The position numbers and the translations under genes are program-made. A model generated the notes under the pieces. That model was not told the origin of the DNA. It saw only the letters and a program-made list of their open reading frames with translations, and did not search any database. DNA of 32,000 nt from Candidatus Nitrosopumilus koreensis AR1. GTDB lineage: Archaea; Thermoproteota; Nitrososphaeria; Nitrososphaerales; Nitrosopumilaceae. Location: positions 30,001 to 62,000 of the forward strand of contig NC_018655.1 of the NCBI RefSeq assembly GCF_000299365.1. The letters run 5' to 3'. Below, piece after piece: positions 9,459-17,603 of the stretch (the stretch's first letter is position 1; each line of letters opens with the position of its first letter).

Positions 9459-9578
9459 GTGGCAGATATTTTTGATTATTTACCGACTATAACTATAGTG
9501 TTATTTGCACTTGGGTTGATTGGTGTAATTGTTTATGAAAGATCACGTTCCAAGAGCACAGATGAATCAGACTCCTGA
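9459..9578 (+). CDS. candidate small membrane protein (39 aa), speculative
   Basis: Below the ORF-track cut-off. GTG 9459 to TGA 9576-9578 gives (M)ADIFDYLPTITIVLFALGLIGVIVYERSRSKSTDESDS: one clean hydrophobic helix followed by a basic then acidic tail. Fills the radB/lhr gap and overlaps the 5' end of the helicase ORF. No homology evidence. Confidence 0.25.
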   Translation: MADIFDYLPTITIVLFALGLIGVIVYERSRSKSTDESDS

Positions 9579-12276
9579 GTCTCTATTTGCAAATTTTGGT
9601 TTTTCTAATCTAACTGAAATACAAAAAAAGGCATCACCTATAATTTTACAAAAAAAAGATTGTCTAGTAATTGCTCCTACTGGTTCTGGAAAAACTGAAT
9701 GTTCTGTAATCCCAATTTTTTCCTTATTGACAAATTCTAAAAAAGCTGGAAAAATTAAAGCTCTTTACATTACTCCATTACGTGCATTAAATCGAGATGT
9801 TTTTAGACGAATTACAAAATATGCTCATCAAAATAAACTATCTATTGAAATCCGGCATGGGGATACCTCACAAAAAGATAGAAAAAAAATTACTGAAAAT
9901 CCTCCTGATGTTCTAATTACAACTCCTGAAACTTTGGTTATTCTTTTAACTCAAATCAAATATCTTGACGCCCTATCTGATCTAGAATGGATTATAATTG
10001 ATGAAGTACATGAATTATTATCTAGTGAAAGAGGCACTCAACTCTCTCTAAGTGTTGAAAGATTGGAATTTAATTCTAAATTTCCCCTTACAAAAATAGG
10101 CTTATCTGCTACTGTTGGAAATTTCGAGGAAGCAGGAAAATTTGTTGTAGGTACTAAAAGAAAATGTGAGATAATTAGAGATACTTCTGTAAGAAAATAT
10201 GATGTAGAAATAAAATACGTGGATGGAACAATTTCTGATGTAGCAGAAAAAATTGTTGAACATGTATCTGAATTGAATTTAGATTCACCCGTTCTCTTAT
10301 TTACAAACACTAGAGGCGAATCTGAATTTTTAGCCTCAATACTTAAAGAAAAATCCAATATTCCTATTGAATTACATCATGGTTCTCTATCAAAAGAAGT
10401 TAGAGAAGAAACTGAACAAAATTTACGTGAAGGAAAACGAGGAATTGTCGTCTGCACATCTTCCCTTGAATTAGGCTTAGATATTGGTTCTGTTGAATTA
10501 GTAATCCATTATGGTTCACCTAGACAAGTTTCCAAATTAGTTCAAAGAATAGGTCGAAGTAGACACAACCGTAATGCATCTGCTAAAGGATTAATTATTA
10601 CAAATAACTCTGATGATGAATTTGAAGCACAAGCAATACTTCAAAGAATTCAAGAAGGTTCTATTGAAGAGCAAAAAATTCATGATGGCTCACTTGATGT
10701 TTTAGCTCATCACCTTGTTGGACTAACAATGCAAATTGGAGAAATTTCAATTGATAAAGCATTTGATCTGATTATAGGAGCCTATCCATTTAGAAATCTA
10801 AAACTAGAAGAACTTGTAGATGTTTTAGATTTACTTGATTCGAACTATTTGATATTTTTTGATAGAACAAATATGACTTTTTGGAAGAAAGGACGTTCTT
10901 TCAAATATTACTTTGAAAATCTTTCTACAATTCCTGACATTCTTAAATTCAAGGTATTTGACAGTGTTGGAAAAAAAATTATTGGAACTCTAGATCAAAG
11001 ATTTGTAGGTGATTATGGTGATTCTGGAAATATTTTTGTTTTAAAAGGCTCACAATGGAGAATTCTAAACGTTGATGAGAAATCATTCACAGTAAATGTT
11101 GAACCTTTTAGAGGTGGAGGAATTACTGTTCCGTATTGGGAAGGTGAAAACATTCCTATTGATTATAAAACTGCCAGAAAAGTGGGTAATTTTAGAAGCA
11201 AAGTTAGGAAAGGCTTACTCCAGTTAACAAATAAAACAATTGAAAAATTAAATTTTGATGAAATTTCTGATGATGATAACATAATAATTGAATCAAGTAG
11301 ATCTCAGGGTTCAATTGTAATCCATTCTTGTTTTGGCACAAAAATTAACTCTACACTTTCAACATTACTTTCTTCTATGTTATCTTCTGTGTTGGGTTCT
11401 GTAGTAGATTCTCGTTCAGATGGTTATAGAATTGCAATATCTTCAAGATCCAGAATTTCAGAAAAATTATTTCTTGAGGTCTTAAAAGATGACTATGATC
11501 TGTTTTCAATGATTACTGCATCTCTTGCTGGTACTCATAATGTTAATTGGAGAACTTGGTGTGTTGCAAAAAAATTTGGTATTGTAGGTCGTGGTGCAAT
11601 TTATGAAAGAAAATCTGCACGATTTTTGTATGAGAGGTACTCAAAAACTGCACTTGTACATGAAGCATTACGCGAATTATTTCATGACAAATATGATCTT
11701 AAAAATACTGATAAACTGTTAAAAGAAATTCGTGAAGATCAAATTCATATTAAATGGTTAGAAGTTGATCAATTTTCAAAACTAGCAGAACCTATTTTGG
11801 ATCATACATCAAAATATTATTCTTCTCCTGCAAATCTTGATAAAGGAATTCTAGATCTTGTAAAAACTAGACTTGAAAAAACAAAGCACCGTTTGATCTG
11901 TGCTAGATGTGGAAAATGGGAACGTGTAGTTGAAACAAACGAAGTAAAAAACATCCTGATTTGTCCTTATTGTAAGGGACGACAAATTACTGCAACATTT
12001 TATTCTGATTATGATCTTCCAAAAATTATTCGAAAAAAATATGAGGGTAAAAAACTGACTAGTGAGGAAAAACACAAGGCAGATCGTGCCTGGAAAGTAT
12101 CTTCTTTAGTAGAAAATTTTGGTAAGACTGCAATTATTGTCATGTCTGGTTATGGGGTTGGTGCAGATACCGCTGCACGAATTCTTCGCAATATGGTTGA
12201 TGAAGAGCATTTACTCAAACAAATCTATGAGGCAGAAAGACAATACGTGGTTACTAGAGGTTTTTGGGATTCTTAA
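9562..12276 (+). CDS. lhr: Lhr-family ATP-dependent DEAD/DEAH-box helicase
   Basis: Helicase motifs APTGSGKTE (I), DEVHE (II), SAT (III), QRIGRSRH (VI). Long Lhr-type C-terminal extension with a CxxC...CxxC zinc ribbon (CARCGKW...CPYCKG). The track ORF begins at TTG 9529. I prefer in-frame ATG 9562 (MNQTPESLFANFGF...), about 27 nt downstream of an A/T box, but the start is uncertain. Confidence 0.85.
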   Translation: MNQTPESLFANFGFSNLTEIQKKASPIILQKKDCLVIAPTGSGKTECSVIPIFSLLTNSKKAGKIKALYITPLRALNRDVFRRITKYAHQNKLSIEIRHGDTSQKDRKKITENPPDVLITTPETLVILLTQIKYLDALSDLEWIIIDEVHELLSSERGTQLSLSVERLEFNSKFPLTKIGLSATVGNFEEAGKFVVGTKRKCEIIRDTSVRKYDVEIKYVDGTISDVAEKIVEHVSELNLDSPVLLFTNTRGESEFLASILKEKSNIPIELHHGSLSKEVREETEQNLREGKRGIVVCTSSLELGLDIGSVELVIHYGSPRQVSKLVQRIGRSRHNRNASAKGLIITNNSDDEFEAQAILQRIQEGSIEEQKIHDGSLDVLAHHLVGLTMQIGEISIDKAFDLIIGAYPFRNLKLEELVDVLDLLDSNYLIFFDRTNMTFWKKGRSFKYYFENLSTIPDILKFKVFDSVGKKIIGTLDQRFVGDYGDSGNIFVLKGSQWRILNVDEKSFTVNVEPFRGGGITVPYWEGENIPIDYKTARKVGNFRSKVRKGLLQLTNKTIEKLNFDEISDDDNIIIESSRSQGSIVIHSCFGTKINSTLSTLLSSMLSSVLGSVVDSRSDGYRIAISSRSRISEKLFLEVLKDDYDLFSMITASLAGTHNVNWRTWCVAKKFGIVGRGAIYERKSARFLYERYSKTALVHEALRELFHDKYDLKNTDKLLKEIREDQIHIKWLEVDQFSKLAEPILDHTSKYYSSPANLDKGILDLVKTRLEKTKHRLICARCGKWERVVETNEVKNILICPYCKGRQITATFYSDYDLPKIIRKKYEGKKLTSEEKHKADRAWKVSSLVENFGKTAIIVMSGYGVGADTAARILRNMVDEEHLLKQIYEAERQYVVTRGFWDS

Positions 12277-13673
12277 TTCTTTTTTGTAATTTTGGAAAAA
12301 GCTGTTAGGAACATCTCTATTCTGCCCTCTAGTCCGGCCTTTGCATTAAGGCCTGTTATTGAAACAATTTCACCTAATTCACATTTGTCAATTAATCTTG
12401 CTTGATTTCTCCATCCTTTAACCCAAATTTGTCCAGTATCGTCTTCCACAAACATTTCTGAAAGTGCAATTGATTCTCCAGTTTTTGTTTGAACTTCGCG
12501 TCTTTCTGGAACTTTCAAAATTATAGCTTCTATACAATAACTTCCATCAGCTTTCACATCGTTAATTTTTGTTCTAATCTGAGACAATGAAGGAATGTTT
12601 TCATCATTTTCTAATTTTCTTACAAAAGAATTCTCATCAAGCGTAATTGAATTTCCATAAACTTTTGATGGCATACATTCTATGACATCTCCTTCGACAC
12701 AAATGCTAGTTGAATTTGATGAATCACTAATGTTGTATAGATTCTTTTTATTGTCAACAGCTAAAATCATATTTCTTCCATTTTCTGTTGGTGACATTGA
12801 AAGAACTCTTGCAATTACTGGTTCTGCTTCTTTACCTCCTTCAATCTCAATTATTGTTGCATCATTTCCATGAATTTCTAATCCTTGATTTCCAGATTTG
12901 ACTCTGACTCCAAGTAATCTTACTTTAGCTGATTGTGAAATCATGTTTGGAATTGATGATTCATCTTTTCCCCATAATACTACTCTCATTCCATTTCCAT
13001 CTTTCCCCTTTAGCCTCATTCGCAATGCTTTTCCAGGCATACCTCTAGAATTTGTAAATTCCATACCGCTAATCACACCATCAATTTCTCCTAAAACAAC
13101 TAGATCTTTTTGACCCTCTTGCAATTCACTTACATCTCTTGTAATTCTATCAATAGTTGGAATTTCACTTGTAGAATCGATAGTTTCTACATTAGAACCT
13201 GAACCAATATTGATTGTTGGTGATCCATCAAGATCTGATTTGACATAAGCTTTAATGATTTTAATTAGGTCTCCGGGTTTTAGATTTTCAATTCCAGGAA
13301 GGTTTGCTTTTTCATCCCATAGTTTTACACTCGCTGTAGAGTTTGCATCATCATATACTGTCATAGTTCTAAGATAAAATGGAGAACCATCTTTTCTTGA
13401 AAATTGTTTTGCAGGTGATAAATTCAAAACCCTTGTTTCTAATGAAATTTCTTTTGCCCCTGCATAGAGATCTTTTAAACTCATTTCAATTTTTAGTGGT
13501 CCTGACAATGTTACGCCATAGTCTGATGCAATTAAGAATAAAGCTCCTTGGTCAGTCAAATATCCTGCACCAATTTTCTCTTTTTTTAGTTTGATTTGCT
13601 CTTCAATTATCTCTCTAGTTAATTCTGGTTTTTGTTCAATTAATTTTTCAATCAGGCTGTCAAATTCCGACAA
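12273..13673 (-). CDS. multi-OB-fold single-stranded-DNA-binding protein, RPA-like
   Basis: 466 aa. About four repeated beta-rich segments of roughly 90 aa with OB-fold-like patterns (for example RTMTVYDDANSTASVKLWDEKA, RMRLKGKDGNGMRVVLWGKDES, EMFVEDDTGQIWVKGWRNQA), preceded by a helical N-terminal domain and with no catalytic motifs. TTG start; an upstream in-frame TAG leaves no ATG. The call is by architecture only. Confidence 0.6.
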   Translation of the reverse strand: MSEFDSLIEKLIEQKPELTREIIEEQIKLKKEKIGAGYLTDQGALFLIASDYGVTLSGPLKIEMSLKDLYAGAKEISLETRVLNLSPAKQFSRKDGSPFYLRTMTVYDDANSTASVKLWDEKANLPGIENLKPGDLIKIIKAYVKSDLDGSPTINIGSGSNVETIDSTSEIPTIDRITRDVSELQEGQKDLVVLGEIDGVISGMEFTNSRGMPGKALRMRLKGKDGNGMRVVLWGKDESSIPNMISQSAKVRLLGVRVKSGNQGLEIHGNDATIIEIEGGKEAEPVIARVLSMSPTENGRNMILAVDNKKNLYNISDSSNSTSICVEGDVIECMPSKVYGNSITLDENSFVRKLENDENIPSLSQIRTKINDVKADGSYCIEAIILKVPERREVQTKTGESIALSEMFVEDDTGQIWVKGWRNQARLIDKCELGEIVSITGLNAKAGLEGRIEMFLTAFSKITKKN

Positions 13674-13753
13674 TTCATAATTGCTACCTTTGTTCTATTA
13701 ATAAAAATTTCATTATGTTCTTACATTGTGTTTCTGTCAAATTAGATCGCTTT

Positions 13754-13781
13754 ATCATCAATTCCAAATCATCAATTCCAA
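13754..13781. repeat. 14-bp perfect tandem duplication (atcatcaattccaa x2) in a divergent promoter region
   Basis: Read directly: 13754-13767 equals 13768-13781. Lies between the RPA-like start (13673, -) and the ABC ATPase start (13888, +). Confidence 0.9.
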
Positions 13782-13887
13782 ATTTTTTCTTGTTTTGAAC
13801 ATATTATCTCTTAATTTGATAAACTCCAACAAAATCTATGATGAAACAACTGATTAACTAAATTAGTAGGATGATCGCAGTTTTAAC

Positions 13888-14825
13888 ATGTCCTGTATCG
13901 ATGTTAGCCATTTATCAAAATCATATGGTTCAATTAAAGCTGTAGATGATATTGTATTAACAGTAAAACCTGGACAAGTTTTTGGATTTTTGGGACCAAA
14001 TGGAGCAGGGAAATCCACTACCATCAAATTACTTACTACCTTAATTCCTCCTTCAACCGGCTCCCTCACAATATTGGGAATTGATGCGATCAAAAATCCC
14101 TTGGAAGTGCGTCACAAAATTGGAGTAGTTTTACAACAACCTAGCTATGAACCTACTCTGTCAGTTGAAAAGTCACTTGACAAATATGGGATGATGTGGA
14201 ATATTACAAGAACTGAACGCAAAAAACGAATGGAACAACTTTTGAAAGATTTTGATCTAGTTGAAATTAGAAAGAAAAAAAATGAAGATCTTTCTATTGG
14301 TCAACGAAGAAGAGTACAAGTTGCACGAGAATTTATGCATGATATGGATTTATTATTTTTAGATGAACCTACAGTAGGATTAGATCCTAGTGCCAGACGA
14401 AAACTGTTGGATTATTTAAAAAATAAAGTTAAAACAGGGTTGACAATTTTTTACACGACTCATATTTTAACAGAAGCTGAATATCTCTGTGATAAGATTG
14501 CAATTATTGATAAAGGAAAACTTATCACAGTTGATTCTCCTGAGGCACTAAAAAATAAATTTGGAAAAGAAAAAACTATTAAAATTCATTTATTAGAAAA
14601 AACCCTAAAATTTCTGACTTGTTAAATGGAATTTCTGATTGCAAAATAAATTTTGAATCTGGAACAAATATAGTTATTCACTCTGAACAATCTGAATTAG
14701 TTTTGTTAAAAGTCTTGAAAATACTAAATGATAATAATATTGAGATAGAAGACTTATCTGCAGTTCCTACAAATCTTGAAGAAATATTCTTAAAAATGGT
14801 GAGAGAAAATACATCCAATAATTAG
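13888..14825 (+). CDS. ABC-2-type transporter ATP-binding protein, reading frame interrupted (fragments 13888..14625 and 14619..14825); possible pseudogene or homopolymer sequencing error
   Basis: Fragment 1 carries Walker A GPNGAGKST, signature LSIGQRRRV, Walker B LLFLDEPTVGLD and H-loop TTHIL. Fragment 2, in the -1 frame, is the usual C-terminal domain ending NLEEIFLK. Slipping back 1 nt at the A6 run 14597-14602 joins them into one 312-aa protein. Confidence 0.85.
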
Positions 14826-15570
14826 ACTCGTAAACAGAAACATTACAATTTCTTTAAATCCTGGATTTTTAATCTGGCAAGTAATTTTTCCTCTGATCTA
14901 TATTTTTGTAGCAGGTTTTGCATATGCCCCGTTAATTCAACATGTACCTTTTGGTGCAAAGGAACTTGATTATCCTGCATTTCTAGCCTCTGGTATGATT
15001 GGATTCAACATAATGAACAGTACTCTTGTTTCAGGAATCATAATCTGGAACGATAGACGACATGGTATGTTTGAGCAAATAATGTCTGGTCCTTTTACGC
15101 GAAGTCATTACATTCTTAGCAACATTTGCACTATAGGCATAATTGGTTTAGTCAGTGCTTCTTTGATCGCCTTGGTAGGCTATCCTGTATTTTTTGAATC
15201 TATAGAATTTTCATTAATTACCATCCCAGTGATTGTTTTTGGTGCAATTACTGGCTCTGTTTTATTTGGTTCATTAGCATCTATAATCTCAACCAGATTA
15301 CGTTCTAGTGAAGGATTTAACGTAATTATTAACACTGTTTTTCTATTTTTTGCATTTGTTAGTTCAGCATTTTATCCTGCAGATAATGTTCCTGAACCAT
15401 TACGTACAGCATTTTATCTAAATCCATTAACTTATCTAGTTGATGTAATTAGAGCAGGAATTTTTGGAAATATTACTGATTTTGTGATTATTGAAATGTT
15501 GGTACTTGTTGGAATTGCTTCCGTATTTTTTGTTATTGCATCAAAGCTTCTAACTAAGTTAGATTTTTAG
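14803..15570 (+). CDS. ABC-2-type transporter permease (start codon unresolved; first canonical ATG at 14995)
   Basis: The track ORF 14995..15570 is hydrophobic and multi-pass. The same frame is open back to 14803 and encodes ...IRLVNRNITISLNPGFLIWQVIFPLIYIFVAGFAYAPLIQ..., the expected first TM region of an ABC-2 permease. There is no ATG, GTG or TTG between 14803 and 14995. Confidence 0.75.
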   Translation, partial: EKIHPIIRLVNRNITISLNPGFLIWQVIFPLIYIFVAGFAYAPLIQHVPFGAKELDYPAFLASGMIGFNIMNSTLVSGIIIWNDRRHGMFEQIMSGPFTRSHYILSNICTIGIIGLVSASLIALVGYPVFFESIEFSLITIPVIVFGAITGSVLFGSLASIISTRLRSSEGFNVIINTVFLFFAFVSSAFYPADNVPEPLRTAFYLNPLTYLVDVIRAGIFGNITDFVIIEMLVLVGIASVFFVIASKLLTKLDF

Positions 15571-15579
15571 AAAATTAAA

Positions 15580-16317
15580 TTATTTTTTAAACTTTTCATA
15601 CATTTCGTTAATTTTTTTAATTATATCTAGATCTTCATATTCAATTAAATTCAAATTTGGTATAACGCAATGACCTCCAATAATTCCTGGATACATTTTT
15701 GGCCTGTTTCCTAAATTTTCATGTATTTCATCTGCAAATTTCCACATTTCATCAAAATCTATGCCTTCTTTTTCACAAATCATCTTTGTTATCTGTGCAT
15801 AGTTGATGAGCCATCCATAATATGATGTATCCACTAAAATTTTTGCAAGCTCCCCTGTTTTTGTAGTTGACATCCAATCAACTTTTTGAAATCTTTTTTG
15901 TAAATCTAATTTAATTTCAGAACTAATTTCATTATTGTCTGACGCAATAAATTTTGTATATTTTTTAATATCGTCTAAAAACCTTCTATGAACGCCACGA
16001 ACTGGTGAAAATAAAACTGGAATGTTAGATTTATCCTGAATATTTTTTGTTGTACCTGGTCTAACTGTTGAATGAATAATAATTGCTTTCAGACCAATCA
16101 ACTTTGGAATCCAACTTAATGTAATGTCTATAAATTGTGTTAATTCTCCTGGCAGACAAACATGTAGGTATTCTGGATTTTCAATTGTCTTGTTTTCTGA
16201 ATAATTTTTACATTTTGAAGATTCTATGTCTATGCCAACACAATCAAAATTTCTTTCATTCAGTAAACCAAACAAAGTTTCACCTACTTCTCCCATACCT
16301 AATACTATGTCTGACAT
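15580..16317 (-). CDS. short UDP-glucose/GDP-mannose (UDP-ManNAc) dehydrogenase-like protein lacking the C-terminal domain
   Basis: 245 aa. N-terminal GMGEVG Rossmann motif, FSPVRG (compare YSPER), and PGIIGGHCVIPN resembling the catalytic-Cys motif of the family. The protein ends shortly after it. Confidence 0.55.
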   Translation of the reverse strand: MSDIVLGMGEVGETLFGLLNERNFDCVGIDIESSKCKNYSENKTIENPEYLHVCLPGELTQFIDITLSWIPKLIGLKAIIIHSTVRPGTTKNIQDKSNIPVLFSPVRGVHRRFLDDIKKYTKFIASDNNEISSEIKLDLQKRFQKVDWMSTTKTGELAKILVDTSYYGWLINYAQITKMICEKEGIDFDEMWKFADEIHENLGNRPKMYPGIIGGHCVIPNLNLIEYEDLDIIKKINEMYEKFKK

Positions 16318-16378
16318 TGTACCTATTGTCTGAAAAATACTTCATGCTATATTCGTGTTACATTTTTATCATTTTTTT

Positions 16379-16384
16379 AAAAAG
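16379..16384 (-). terminator. T-run directly after tRNA-Gln
   Basis: On the minus strand the discriminator base is followed by CTTTTTAAAAAAA. Oligo-T tracts act as archaeal termination signals. Confidence 0.4.
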
Positions 16385-16457
16385 TAGCCCGAGGCAGATT
16401 CGAACTGCCGTCACGGGCTCCAAAGGCCCATATGCTTGACCTCTACACTATCGGGCT
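16385..16457 (-). tRNA. tRNA-Gln (anticodon UUG)
   Basis: Hand-folded 73-nt cloverleaf: acceptor AGCCCGA/TCGGGCT (A1-U72), D arm GTGT-AGAGGTCAA-GCAT, anticodon arm TGGGC-CTTTGGA-GCCCG, variable TGAC, T arm GGCAG-TTCGAAT-CTGCC, discriminator A. No encoded CCA. GC-rich island in AT-rich DNA. Confidence 0.9.
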
Positions 16458-16523
16458 GCTAAATCGAGCACACTAACTCCCTTAATGAACTTTTTATTCT
16501 AATATGCCTAAAATTATCCTGAC

Positions 16524-17552
16524 TTAATCTTTGATTACACTAATTAATTTTTTAACAGGATCTTCCATTTGGTTTAGAATTTTTTCTGCTTTTAGTTGAT
16601 TTGATTGTTTTGTAGATTCAAAAAACTTTGTTATTTGATTTGAAACTTTTTCAGGATTTGTTTCTCTCTTTATCAATTGTTTTCTCACCAAAAAATTTTC
16701 TATGATGTTTGGAACTGCATTATACGATATTGTGGGAATGCCCATTAATGCAGATTCTGCAGTCATTGTGCCTCCTGAACCAATGAAAACATCTGTATTC
16801 TTTAACAAATATTTTCCATCAAATGACATTTTTACAACTTTAGCTTTTTTACCTACATTTTTTTGCAGTTTTTGAATTTGCTTTGTGTATCTGCCTAAAA
16901 TAACAATATTTTCCTCACCAAATTTAGAAATTATATTAGCAATAATTGGAATAGTTTTATTTGATTTTTCTGTATATGATGCCTCCTCCTCCTCTACTCT
17001 TATCAAAATATTTTTCTTATCATTATTTTTGAATGGAAGTCGCCCATGTTCATTTATCTTTCTTTTGATTGTTACTGCTGCATCAATTGCCTTGTATGAA
17101 ATAATATTTTTTTCCATTATCCCATATTTTGAAAATTCTTTCTTTGGAATTGTGTAGGGAATTAACAGCTTTTGAATTAACGGTAATGTTAATTTCATCA
17201 CTGCTTCGGCCTGTGGAGAATCACAAAATGCAATATGTTTAATTCTTAAACCAAATGAAATTCTTGCAGCTTCAGGTGAACAAAAACTAATTACAAGATC
17301 TGGTGCAAATACTTCGATTTTTCTAACTAGTGTTCCCATTCTGTCAATACCTGCTTTTAGTTTGGAATTTTTACTTCCACCACCATGTTTACCTACAAAA
17401 ATCAGGTCAAAATTACGGATTTTTGCTAATTTTGAAACTTCTCCATAATTTCTAGAAGTGCATAAAATACTGTTTTTTTTACCTAATTTTTCAATAATAG
17501 GTTCCGAAAACAATAATTGCTTCGGAGTTAGAACATCTATCCATATTTTCAA
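16524..17552 (-). CDS. DUF354-family protein (GT-B / UDP-GlcNAc-2-epimerase-like fold, function unknown)
   Basis: 342 aa. MKIWIDVLTPKQLLF...FVGKHGGGS...PDLVISFCSPEAARISFGLRIKHIAFCDSPQA matches my recollection of the archaeal DUF354 N-terminal consensus. Confidence 0.7.
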   Translation of the reverse strand: MKIWIDVLTPKQLLFSEPIIEKLGKKNSILCTSRNYGEVSKLAKIRNFDLIFVGKHGGGSKNSKLKAGIDRMGTLVRKIEVFAPDLVISFCSPEAARISFGLRIKHIAFCDSPQAEAVMKLTLPLIQKLLIPYTIPKKEFSKYGIMEKNIISYKAIDAAVTIKRKINEHGRLPFKNNDKKNILIRVEEEEASYTEKSNKTIPIIANIISKFGEENIVILGRYTKQIQKLQKNVGKKAKVVKMSFDGKYLLKNTDVFIGSGGTMTAESALMGIPTISYNAVPNIIENFLVRKQLIKRETNPEKVSNQITKFFESTKQSNQLKAEKILNQMEDPVKKLISVIKD

Positions 17553-17603
17553 GTAATTTTCATAATTGAAGTTAGTTCAATAAGTTTTTCTTAGTCTAAT
17601 CCC

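Noticed and set aside
14619-14825. 68-aa ORF as an independent gene
   Set aside because: Its sequence is the expected C-terminal domain of the upstream ABC ATPase and joins it exactly with a 1-nt shift at an A-run. It is better explained as a frameshifted fragment than as a separate gene.
16137-16439. 100-aa plus-strand ORF spanning the 245-aa gene's 5' end and the tRNA-Gln region
   Set aside because: It overlaps a confidently folded tRNA on the opposite strand and the N-terminus of a motif-bearing gene, so it is spurious.
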